From an uncultured Planctomycetota bacterium (GTDB taxonomy: Bacteria > Planctomycetota > CAZGEP01), in assembly GCA_964524955.1 (NCBI GenBank), contig CAZGEP010000004.1, positions 3,627 through 67,626 on the forward strand: a stretch of DNA of 64,000 nucleotides. The letters are read 5' to 3'. Position numbers and translations under genes: made by a program. Below the pieces are notes generated by a model. It worked only from the letters and a program-made list of their open reading frames with translations. It did no database searches and had not been told where the DNA came from. How positions within the stretch are numbered: position 1 is the stretch's first letter; every line of letters begins with the position of its first letter. Positions 1 to 9,056 of the stretch are shown in pieces.

Positions 1-618
1 CTGATTATGGTAGACGGTCGTGGTGAGAACATTATCTCCGTCGCTCCCGGTGCTAACTTCTCACTGAATACAGAAGACGTGGACAAGGCGGAAACAGCTT
101 TTGAAAGTGCAGCCTGCCTGCTGACACAACTTGAGATACCCGTTGATGTTGTTGAAAGAGCATTTGAAGCCGCACGAAAGAGAGACATGATTACGATCCT
201 CAATCCCGCGCCGGTTCCGAAACAGAGCATACCCGACAGCTTGCTCGAAAAAACAGACATCTTCATTCCCAACCAGATTGAGGCACAGGCCATACTTGGC
301 AGCAACATAACAGATTTGAATGAGATCGCAGCAAGACTCACTGAAAAAGGCCCCACAGATATCATCTTCACACTTGGATCCAAAGGCGCCCTGTGGATAA
401 CAGAAAGCGGAACCGCAACCGAAATTCCACCTGTCAGGGCTGAACCCGTAGATACTGTGGGAGCCGGAGACTGTTTCTGCGGCGTGCTGGCCGCCGGTCT
501 CTGTCAGGGCAAAGAAATGGAAGAAACACTCCAGTTTGCCACAGCAGCAGCGGCAATCTCCGTAACCCGTAAAGGCGCCCAGCCCTCCATGCCGCGGAAA
601 GAAGAGATTAATCTATAA
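1..618 (+). CDS. rbsK: Ribokinase / pfkB-family carbohydrate kinase, 5'-truncated by window edge
   Basis: Frame is open from nt 1. C-terminal pfkB signature 'DTVGAGDCFCG' and overall RbsK-like sequence. Confidence 0.7.
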   Translation: MIMVDGRGENIISVAPGANFSLNTEDVDKAETAFESAACLLTQLEIPVDVVERAFEAARKRDMITILNPAPVPKQSIPDSLLEKTDIFIPNQIEAQAILGSNITDLNEIAARLTEKGPTDIIFTLGSKGALWITESGTATEIPPVRAEPVDTVGAGDCFCGVLAAGLCQGKEMEETLQFATAAAAISVTRKGAQPSMPRKEEINL

Positions 619-1699
619 CAAATACAGGGCTTCTCCGACAATAAGTCTCAAGCATCAAACAGGCAAGTGCTGTGGACATAACTCGACCGCCTATACTTTC
701 CGGTCCTTTTCCCGGATCCCATGAACCTTTGTTATCTCCGTTCTCTGTATTCTGATCATCCGGGATTAACCCAAGGCGTACATCCTTGTCCCATTTACTC
801 CACATTTTCCCGTAAGAAAAAATGATTGTTACATGAGCTAAAAAAATATGCATCAGATCCCGCTCTTTCCAGGCAGGTCCTCGTGACACTTGATCGTTTA
901 CAACCTTTTTCAACCATGGTTCTCTGCAACGCCACCCCATAAATATCCGGCAAAGTCCGGCACACACCTGTGCTCGAGACCCGTCCTTCTGAATATACAA
1001 CACCTTGCCGGTCTGCGGATCTATCTTGCTCCATGCCCATCCATATGTTCCTGTGAAGTTATCTCCTGTAGTCAGAACACACCCATCTAAAAAGAATTTG
1101 CATCGCTCAAAAACCTGCTTTATTTCTTTAGGTCTTCCTCCGGCAATAAGCGCTTCCTTCAGTCCCAGGAGATGAAACGCAGTTGTAAGAATATCACTGT
1201 CACCCTTCTTTCGAAGTGCACTCCAGAATCCGAATTCATTCATTATGGAAATTGAATATTCCACTGCTCTCTCAACATTCCATTTGTATTTCCTGTCACC
1301 ACCCATTCCGAAAGAACACGCCAATGTGCTCATACAAAGACCATGGGTATATCCGGGCAATCCCTTTTCGGTGAAAGACCCGTCTGCGTTCTGCTGTTTA
1401 ACCAGCCACCTGATTCCATTACGGACAGTATTTTTGTATCTACCAATACGTTCCGTATATCCAGCACTAAGAAACGCACTTAACGCTGATGATGTAACCA
1501 GTATATCCGCATTCTCTTCACCACCGTATTTATCGCTGTCCCACCGGCCGCCCGGCTCCTGATGATCCGCCAGCCACTTCAGCCCCATCTGTAAGGGGCT
1601 GACCCTCTCGTGATTTTTCTCAGCTTCATCCGCCCATGCTGATGAAAACAACAGTGTGAATTCAAGAATCCCGATGAATATGACATAGCAGCTTTTCAT
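608..1699 (-). CDS. Secreted prenyltransferase/squalene-oxidase-repeat (alpha-alpha toroid) protein
   Basis: N-terminal signal peptide (MKSCYVIFIGILEFTLLFSSAWA). Repeated aromatic/Gly-rich PFTB-like motifs ('NADGSF', 'GGRWD'). Confidence 0.5.
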   Translation of the reverse strand: MKSCYVIFIGILEFTLLFSSAWADEAEKNHERVSPLQMGLKWLADHQEPGGRWDSDKYGGEENADILVTSSALSAFLSAGYTERIGRYKNTVRNGIRWLVKQQNADGSFTEKGLPGYTHGLCMSTLACSFGMGGDRKYKWNVERAVEYSISIMNEFGFWSALRKKGDSDILTTAFHLLGLKEALIAGGRPKEIKQVFERCKFFLDGCVLTTGDNFTGTYGWAWSKIDPQTGKVLYIQKDGSRAQVCAGLCRIFMGWRCREPWLKKVVNDQVSRGPAWKERDLMHIFLAHVTIIFSYGKMWSKWDKDVRLGLIPDDQNTENGDNKGSWDPGKGPESIGGRVMSTALACLMLETYCRRSPVFVID

Positions 1700-1956
1700 G
1701 GCAATACCTCCGGACAGGCTCTTCTCCTTTTCACTATTTAAAACGCATGCGTCTTATAAAAGTTCAGAAAAAACTGGACATACAATTCAAATTAAAATAT
1801 ACTTGTTTTAAATTCAGCGCTTGCTGCATTAACTGTTTGATGGCGATTAATTTTCTGGAAAGGACGATTGCGATATTTTTCGACAGTCATTCATTTTCAG
1901 CTATCGACCATAGACCATCGACTATCGACTGCAATTATTTCCAACCGGAGAAATCA

Positions 1957-3333
1957 ATGGATAAACGACCCAATATACTCTTTTTGATGAGTGATCAGCA
2001 TCGGGCCGATGTAACCGGATATGCAGGCAATTCTGTAATCCAAACACCTGTACTCGACCGGCTGGCAGAGACCGGCACAGTCTTCAACAATGCGTATACG
2101 CCATCTCCTGTATGCATTCCTGCGCGCCAGTGCATGATGTCCGGACAGCTGCCCAAGACCTGCAACTGCGAAGGCTGGATCGATCTCGAGTCCGGCTACC
2201 GGACCTTTGCCCGCGAATTCTCCCGCTACGCCTACAATACCTGCTGCAGTGGCAAGCTCCACCATCTGGGGCCGGATCAGATGCAGGGGTGGCGTCGTCG
2301 GATCGCACCCGATGCAGAGATATCCGACAGATATGTACCCGAGAAAATCGAAGAAGAATTTGCCCGCTACACGCCCCCGCCTGATACAGGCAAATGGTCA
2401 AATCAACGGGAGGTTGAAGAAGCACGCGCCGTGGAAGGTCCGTATCAGAAATTCGATGCCCTGGCAATGGACGCGACCATCGAATATCTTGATCGGTATT
2501 TTGATGATCCGGTCTATTGGCGGAGGGAGTGCCACTACCCCCTGCTCTTTAAGCTCAGTCTGCTTCAGCCACATTACCCCTTTTTCACAGACCAGGAGAA
2601 ATTTGAACGCTACATGCAATGCGTTCCGATTTTTCGGGAAGAGCCCTGCGACCATCCCAAACTCAGTCTCAGCCAGCAGGGAAAACCGGTTCATGTATCC
2701 GACGATGCCGTCCGACGGGCCACTGCCGCATATTACGGCATGATCGAAACAATTGACACCTATTACGGACAGGTCCTGGACAAGATCGAGTCTCTGGGCG
2801 AAAATCTGGATGAGTGGATCATTGTCTACACCAGTGATCACGGTGAAATGCTCGGCCAGCACGGCATCTGGGAAAAGACCCGTTTCTATGAAGCCAGCGT
2901 ACGCGTTCCATTAATCATCCGCTGGCCCAAACACTTCAAGGGAGGACAGACCGTCAATGAAAACGTCAACCTCTGCGATCTCTTTGCCACGCTCTGCGAT
3001 CTGACCGGCCTGGAGATCCCGGACGGTCTGGACAGCCGCAGCCTTGTACCGCTCTTAAACGGCAGGAGCTCAGGCTGGAAAAATGAATCTCTGTCGCAGA
3101 TGTGGAAGAATGAGTATATGATCAAACAGGACAGCCTCAAGTACCAGTACTACGGACCGGACATTCCCGAAGTCCTCTTTGACCTGGAGCAGGATCCGGG
3201 CGAGACAACCAATGTGATCGATTCACCGGACTACAGCCAGGCGGTCGCCCGGTTCCGAAAGCGATTATCCGAACTCGGACACGGCCCCAACGCAGACCCG
3301 GATTACGTCAATGCGGGGTACTGCGGTGCATAG
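1957..3333 (+). CDS. Sulfatase (alkaline-phosphatase superfamily), no signal peptide, FGly motif C-I-P-A-R
   Basis: 'MDKRPNILFLMSDQHRAD' N-terminus, 'CIPARQCMMSGQ' and 'SGKLHH' motifs. Internal ATG at 1957 chosen, because the ORF-track start at 1747 adds 70 non-homologous residues. Confidence 0.8.
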   Translation: MDKRPNILFLMSDQHRADVTGYAGNSVIQTPVLDRLAETGTVFNNAYTPSPVCIPARQCMMSGQLPKTCNCEGWIDLESGYRTFAREFSRYAYNTCCSGKLHHLGPDQMQGWRRRIAPDAEISDRYVPEKIEEEFARYTPPPDTGKWSNQREVEEARAVEGPYQKFDALAMDATIEYLDRYFDDPVYWRRECHYPLLFKLSLLQPHYPFFTDQEKFERYMQCVPIFREEPCDHPKLSLSQQGKPVHVSDDAVRRATAAYYGMIETIDTYYGQVLDKIESLGENLDEWIIVYTSDHGEMLGQHGIWEKTRFYEASVRVPLIIRWPKHFKGGQTVNENVNLCDLFATLCDLTGLEIPDGLDSRSLVPLLNGRSSGWKNESLSQMWKNEYMIKQDSLKYQYYGPDIPEVLFDLEQDPGETTNVIDSPDYSQAVARFRKRLSELGHGPNADPDYVNAGYCGA

Positions 3334-3465
3334 CGCCGCAAAGAGAAGACGAAAGTAGTGAGTAGAGCATGGAAGAATTGGTTGTTTTAAAAATAAACGA
3401 ATGCTTTCTGAAAAAACTCGCATTCGTTCTCTTTATTCTTAACCTTTACCAGCAGGAGCAGAAAA

Positions 3466-4830
3466 ATGGACAAACGACCGAATATCTTATTTCTGATGAG
3501 TGATGAACACCGCGCGGATGTGACCGGATATGCGGGAGACAATGTGGTCCGCACACCAGTACTCAACCGGTTGGCAGAAAGCGGTACTGTATTCTCAAAC
3601 ACCTGTACACCGGCACCGGCATGTATTCCCGCTCGCCAGTGCATGATGTCCGGACAGCTGCCCAAGACCTGCAACTGTGAGGGCTGGATTGATCTTGAGC
3701 CCGGGTATCATACATTTGCCCGGCAGTTCTCCCGCTACGCGTACAATACCTGCTGCAGCGGAAAGCTTCACCATGTAACTGAGGACCAAATGCAGGGATG
3801 GCGACGCCGAATCGCACCGGATGCGGTTGTTGCCGAAAACCATATTCCGGACAAAATTGAAGAGGAATTCAGCCGCTACAAACCCGCTCCAGATACCGGC
3901 AAATGGCCCAACCAGCGGGAACTTGAAGAAGCCCGCGGTGTGATCGGGCCGTACCAGAAATTCGACGCGCATGCCGTGGATGCAGCCATTGAATATCTGG
4001 ATCGGTATTTTGATGACGCGGTCTACCGCCGACCGGAAAATCACCGCCCATTGCTCTTTAAACTCAGCCTGCTTCAGCCGCACTATCCTTTTTTCACCGA
4101 CCCCAAACGCTTTGACTTTTATCACGACCGGGTGCCCATTTACAATGAAGAGGCCTGCGCGCATCCGGTCCTGGGCGTTACCAACCGCAACTACCGGGTC
4201 GATGTTTCGGAAGACATTATCCGTAATGCCACGGCCGCGTATTACGGAATGATTGATCAAATCGACACCTACTACGGACAGATCCTGGACAAGCTGGAGT
4301 CCCTGGGAGAAGATCTGGATGAGTGGATCATTGTGTACACCGCGGATCATGGAGATATGCTCGGACAGCACGGTATCTGGGAGAAAACAAAGTTTTACGA
4401 AGGCAGCGTTCGTGTGCCGCTGATCATCCGCTGGCCCAAAAGGTTCAAGGGAGGGCAAACGGTCTCTGAAAACGTTAATCTCTGCGACCTCTTTGCCACG
4501 CTTTGTGACCTGGCCGGACTGGACATTCCGGACGGTCTGGACAGCCGCAGCCTAATACCGCTCTTAAACGGTGACAGCTCGAACTGGCAGAATGAAAGCA
4601 TATCCCAGTGGTGTGATACATTCATGATCAAACAGGACAGTCTCAAGTACCAGTACTACGGACCGGACATTTCCGAAGTCCTCTTTGACCTGGAAAGCGA
4701 TCCCGGCGAAACAACCAATGTGATCGATTCACCGGAGTACAGTCAGGCAACAGAACGATTCCGCAAACGGCTGGCAGCACTCGGACACGGTCCCAATGCA
4801 GATCCGGATTACGTCAATGCAGGATACTGA
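3466..4830 (+). CDS. Sulfatase, tandem paralog of 1957..3333, no signal peptide
   Basis: About 75% amino-acid identity to the upstream gene, with the same CIPARQCMMSGQ motif. RBS-like 'aggagcag' upstream. Confidence 0.8.
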   Translation: MDKRPNILFLMSDEHRADVTGYAGDNVVRTPVLNRLAESGTVFSNTCTPAPACIPARQCMMSGQLPKTCNCEGWIDLEPGYHTFARQFSRYAYNTCCSGKLHHVTEDQMQGWRRRIAPDAVVAENHIPDKIEEEFSRYKPAPDTGKWPNQRELEEARGVIGPYQKFDAHAVDAAIEYLDRYFDDAVYRRPENHRPLLFKLSLLQPHYPFFTDPKRFDFYHDRVPIYNEEACAHPVLGVTNRNYRVDVSEDIIRNATAAYYGMIDQIDTYYGQILDKLESLGEDLDEWIIVYTADHGDMLGQHGIWEKTKFYEGSVRVPLIIRWPKRFKGGQTVSENVNLCDLFATLCDLAGLDIPDGLDSRSLIPLLNGDSSNWQNESISQWCDTFMIKQDSLKYQYYGPDISEVLFDLESDPGETTNVIDSPEYSQATERFRKRLAALGHGPNADPDYVNAGY

Positions 4831-5129
4831 AGCGATGCTTTACACCGCTGACCACAGAGAGCTGCTTTACCCAATCAACAGATAAGGAATAACTGATAAC
4901 AGCTTTTTAGACAGGATTGACAGGTCGGTATCGGCTGTTTCTGTTTATTAAAAAACGATATCGATACCGATTACGACAGCGAGAATATTCCAAGTGGTGA
5001 CTTCCGGGAAAAGGTGGTTTTTTGCGTTTTCTGCGCATTCTTGCGGTTAATATCTTGTTATCTCATCACTCTTCTCTCATCACCCTTTACTGCCGTTAAA
5101 AGCTATCGACCATCGACGATCGACTGCAG

Positions 5130-7823
5130 TTACTTCCCAAACACGACCTGTGCGGCCTGTCCGGAGGTGACCTTTACTTTTTTTGCCCGGGAACCGATAT
5201 CCACGTTCTTGTCTCTGACAATCACGGTTACTGTATATTCTCCGGGAGACAGTCTGGAAAAGCTGAATCTGCCGTCCGCGTCGCTGCGTGTATGGCCGAA
5301 ATACCGTGTCTTCTGATTGAAAGCACGTACGGTAATATTCGGCTGCGGTGTGCCGTCCGAAAGAATACTGCCCTCAATGCTCCCACCCTGGTCGAGTTTG
5401 ATTTCACCAAGATCCGCAGTTTCAGCCCCTATTGTTACGGTAGAGCTGTAATCCGCGTAATTCTTGTGTTTGACCGTAATCGTATACGCACCGTCTCCCG
5501 CGTTTTCCACCTTGAATAATCCATTGTCCGCAGTTACGGCTTTGAGGGCTCCCCGGGATCGGGAAGAGATTTGTCCCGTGCCCGGATACAGAGTCACGGT
5601 CGCTCCCTTTACAACTCCGGAATCACTGACAACCATTCCTTTGAGTGTATGGCCCGAACCAAGTCTGAGTTCAACATCCGTGGGAAGCACCCCTGTAGAG
5701 ATATCATATTTTGGCGACACCGCGGGCGCATATCCCTCAGCAAAGGCCTTGACTTGAACCTGTGTTATGTTCTTGCTTTTAATGGGCATTTCAAATGCAC
5801 CGTCTTCAGTGTTGAAATTCTGACGCTGCCGCGGATGGGATGTTTTTGCGTCAAGCAGCTGTATCTGAAACTTGCGGACGGCGCCACCGGTTTGGGAATC
5901 AATCACCTTGCCCTTGATCACAGGAACTCGCTCAAGAATCAATTCAAGATCTTCGCTGCCGCCGGCCACCTCCTTGACAAAACGATTGAATTCCGGATGG
6001 CGGATGCTCATCACATACGTATCCGAACGCACGTTCTGCAGTTCAAATTTGCCTTTTCTGTCGCTTCTGGCCCGGTGGGTGTCCTTGTGTATGGATTTAT
6101 CCCTGGGGGAGGCAAACACAAAGGCGTTAAAAACAGGCGTACCGTCCGGATCCTTGATAATACCGGTCACTTTGTATGCCCCTTCGTACCGAAGTTCCAG
6201 CGCGTTATCGCCCTGGTGTATTTCAACATTGCGTTTCTCTATCTTCCCGTAGGTCTTGTGAAATGCCCTGGCATTATATTTCCCGGGCATCAGACCGCTG
6301 ATGGTGAATTTTCCCGAAGCATCCGATGAGGCGCTCGCATTTCCGCCTTTGTTGTTATACAGCATGACATTCACATCCGCAACCGGTTTTCCTTCGCTGT
6401 CCATAACTGTTCCCTTGCAGGAAACACCACGGCTGAGTGTAAAATTCTTTTGGACTTCTTTGATCTTATCGAAATCCACTTTAGCCTTTTCCGAAGTATA
6501 TCCTTTAGCTTTGACCGACACCTGGACCTTGGCGTCAGGAATCCCACTGAGCGCGTACACTCCTTTTTCATCCGATGTTCCGCTGGTATTGGAAAAACGG
6601 GTTGTGGCGGCATCATAGTAGCTCACGTATATCCGTGCGTCCTTTATGGGCGTTCCGTCCTGGTCAGTGATGGTACCGGAGAGGCTGCAGCCTTTTTCAA
6701 GAGTAAACGTCACTTCGTGTTTTGCGCCAGCTTTGATGGTAACGGTCTTGTCCTCGGGCGAAAGAAATCCCTTGCACTTGAGATTCAGGGTGTAGGTTCC
6801 CTGGCCCATGGCTGTGGTAAAGGTATTGTCTGTACCCTCCAGGTTAAGGTAGTGCTTCACACTGCCGGGGGCTTTGTATCCCAGGGATATCTTCTCAAGG
6901 ACTTCATCACCAGGCGTTTTTACTCGGACTACCAGAGACGCGGCAGGCTTTAACTTCAGATCAAGTTTCTTGGGCTGGTCCTTGAGAATTGTCACACTCA
7001 TGCTCTCAATGTTCTGATACCCATCACACCGGATCGAAAAGAGCCATGATCCCTGAACCAGTCCACTAAGGGTGTAAATCCCCCTGCCATCGGTGCGCGC
7101 ACTTTTGATCTCGCCCCCTACGCTGTTTCGCAGGGTAATTGAGGCGCCACGGATAACCGCACCAGAGGCTTCGCTGCTTACAACACCGTACAGGGTGGCG
7201 CCGACCCGAAGAAGCAACGTAACGTTCGCTGGCTTTCCCGGCTCCACTACAGCCTCTTTGGGTTTGCTCTTCAAATACTCATTATGAACCACAGAAACCC
7301 GATATCGACCCGGACTGCACTTGATCTGAAAATTCCCCGAACCATCCGAGGTGGCACTGAAATCCCTGCCGCTTTTCAGATTCCGGGCGGTAATGCTTGC
7401 ATCCTTGACAAACCCTCCGGAATCGCTGCTGACTTTTCCACGCATCAATCCGGATGTTTCGCTGCCGTCTGATGGTTGAGCAGTACTATCAATCGGTGGT
7501 GCGGTTGTTTCGGTCTGGTTTCCGGTGGCGTTTGTTCCGGTTGTTGTGCGGGTACCGTTTCTGTCTGGATTACTTCTATCGGGTGTTGTCCGCCGGACAA
7601 CCGCTGGTCCGGAATGGGAGCGCCTGTTTTTATCCGTATCAACTGACGTATCCTTTGTATCACCCTTGGTTCGGGTTTCGATTGCGCTCTGGCTTTGCGG
7701 ATCGGATGGCTGTCCGGAAAAAAGGAGCATTGCGCCAATAATGATTACGCCTGTCACCCATACGCCTGCCGCTACAGCAATCAGTTGAATCTTCATGTTC
7801 CTGGTCATAGCTATGGTCTCCAT
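5130..7823 (-). CDS. Large membrane-anchored/secreted protein with about 10 tandem carboxypeptidase-regulatory-like (transthyretin-fold) domains
   Basis: N-terminal hydrophobic anchor, then a Thr/Ser/Asp-rich linker, then repeated 'G-x-V-x-D-x-x-G-x-P-I/V-x-x-A-x-V' modules. Confidence 0.5.
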   Translation of the reverse strand: METIAMTRNMKIQLIAVAAGVWVTGVIIIGAMLLFSGQPSDPQSQSAIETRTKGDTKDTSVDTDKNRRSHSGPAVVRRTTPDRSNPDRNGTRTTTGTNATGNQTETTAPPIDSTAQPSDGSETSGLMRGKVSSDSGGFVKDASITARNLKSGRDFSATSDGSGNFQIKCSPGRYRVSVVHNEYLKSKPKEAVVEPGKPANVTLLLRVGATLYGVVSSEASGAVIRGASITLRNSVGGEIKSARTDGRGIYTLSGLVQGSWLFSIRCDGYQNIESMSVTILKDQPKKLDLKLKPAASLVVRVKTPGDEVLEKISLGYKAPGSVKHYLNLEGTDNTFTTAMGQGTYTLNLKCKGFLSPEDKTVTIKAGAKHEVTFTLEKGCSLSGTITDQDGTPIKDARIYVSYYDAATTRFSNTSGTSDEKGVYALSGIPDAKVQVSVKAKGYTSEKAKVDFDKIKEVQKNFTLSRGVSCKGTVMDSEGKPVADVNVMLYNNKGGNASASSDASGKFTISGLMPGKYNARAFHKTYGKIEKRNVEIHQGDNALELRYEGAYKVTGIIKDPDGTPVFNAFVFASPRDKSIHKDTHRARSDRKGKFELQNVRSDTYVMSIRHPEFNRFVKEVAGGSEDLELILERVPVIKGKVIDSQTGGAVRKFQIQLLDAKTSHPRQRQNFNTEDGAFEMPIKSKNITQVQVKAFAEGYAPAVSPKYDISTGVLPTDVELRLGSGHTLKGMVVSDSGVVKGATVTLYPGTGQISSRSRGALKAVTADNGLFKVENAGDGAYTITVKHKNYADYSSTVTIGAETADLGEIKLDQGGSIEGSILSDGTPQPNITVRAFNQKTRYFGHTRSDADGRFSFSRLSPGEYTVTVIVRDKNVDIGSRAKKVKVTSGQAAQVVFGK

Positions 7824-7927
7824 TCACTTTTTCGGAACAGGTCCGTATACTGTCCTGAGATGATATCGTGGTCTCTGCCGGCAGAAGAAACACATCGGAT
7901 TTCTTCCACGCATATAGACGGAGCAAA

Positions 7928-8920
7928 TTACTCCGCGGGTGTATATTTTTCTCCATCCGGAGTAAAGAGCGCGCCGTCCCTGTATTTAAGCTCCGTTCCG
8001 TCCAGCAGCCGAACGCTGTCCTCACCCATGGCCATGGGCCGTTCGGAAAAGGGTTTTTTCTGGTACATGGGATCCGCCAGCAAAATCAATCTGGTTTCAT
8101 TAAAAATCATCTGGACCGTTGCGTCATCGGTACGATACGTACGATTTTCGTTCATGCACCCGTCCGGCGCTGCCTTGATTTTTTCAACTTCCTTTCCAGC
8201 ACGTTCCCAGTCATCTCCATAAATATGCAGGGAATCGGATGTATCCACATACCGGCCCAGCGACACCTCTTTGCCGATCATTCCGGAAAGCCGTTCGGCA
8301 AAGACACGCTGAAGGTCAGTGAATCCGTAGACATTCATGGGCCAGGCTTTAAACAGATCCCGGGAACGCCAGTAGGTATGCATGTTCAGCACGTATTCAT
8401 CCCCAACCGGGATTGCTCGAAACCACATTCGCTGAAAACAGGGGGCACTCTTGGTCGAATTCGGGTCATAGGCCGGTCGCCATGTAATAGCCTCAGCCCG
8501 TTTATTCGTAATATCCTTTGCCAGCATTTCCAGAATCGTATCAAACTGGTTGACACGCTGCATATTCCCCTTCTCATCCCATACCGGATACGCAAAAAGC
8601 CGCTCGTGATAGGAATACGGCCATACTGATGTTTCGGGATTGTCGTCCACCCATTTATCGTGAATTCCCTCAACCACTTCCTGGCGATAGACTTCAAGTT
8701 CCTCGGGGCCGCCGATAATGGCCTTGGGAATTCTCGGCTCACAGAACGGTTCTTCAAGAATCACGGTCACCATGGCTTCCTTGCTGGGATTTCCGTCCTC
8801 CTTGTCGTAATGCGTTGCCATGGAAACTCCCTGATCCCAGACCGCAACAAGCGCCTGTTCAAATGCCTGAGGCAGATTCTTTCCGCTGACCTGCAGTACC
8901 GGTAAATGGCCTTTTTTCAT
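7928..8920 (-). CDS. Thymidylate-synthase-family protein (divergent ThyA-like)
   Basis: 'SAPCFQRMWF' matches the ThyA catalytic Cys region. 'YWRSRDLFKAWPMNVYGF' resembles ThyA 'YQRSCDVFLGLPFNIASY'. RBS 'aaaggag' before the ATG at 8920. The ORF-track N-terminal extension was rejected. Confidence 0.55.
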   Translation of the reverse strand: MKKGHLPVLQVSGKNLPQAFEQALVAVWDQGVSMATHYDKEDGNPSKEAMVTVILEEPFCEPRIPKAIIGGPEELEVYRQEVVEGIHDKWVDDNPETSVWPYSYHERLFAYPVWDEKGNMQRVNQFDTILEMLAKDITNKRAEAITWRPAYDPNSTKSAPCFQRMWFRAIPVGDEYVLNMHTYWRSRDLFKAWPMNVYGFTDLQRVFAERLSGMIGKEVSLGRYVDTSDSLHIYGDDWERAGKEVEKIKAAPDGCMNENRTYRTDDATVQMIFNETRLILLADPMYQKKPFSERPMAMGEDSVRLLDGTELKYRDGALFTPDGEKYTPAE

Positions 8921-9056
8921 GCCCTTGACTCCTTTCAATGAATGGTTGAATTCAGGATATTTGATTACAATTATTTTACAGACTACTATTGAAAATGCAA
9001 TATATGAAGTTAAAATGTATTCAACTGAATTGCAAACAGATACATAGGGTATCCTT

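Noticed and set aside
1747-1956. ORF-track N-terminal extension of sulfatase-1 (70 extra residues)
   Set aside because: The extension is AT-rich, lacks homology to the paralog N-terminus and contains the heptamer repeat. The internal ATG at 1957 gives the conserved MDKRPNILF start.
4925-4969. Inverted repeat 'tcggtatcg...cgataccga' after sulfatase-2 as a terminator
   Set aside because: The 27-nt loop and lack of a U-tract make it a poor intrinsic terminator. It is recorded only as part of the repeat-motif finding.
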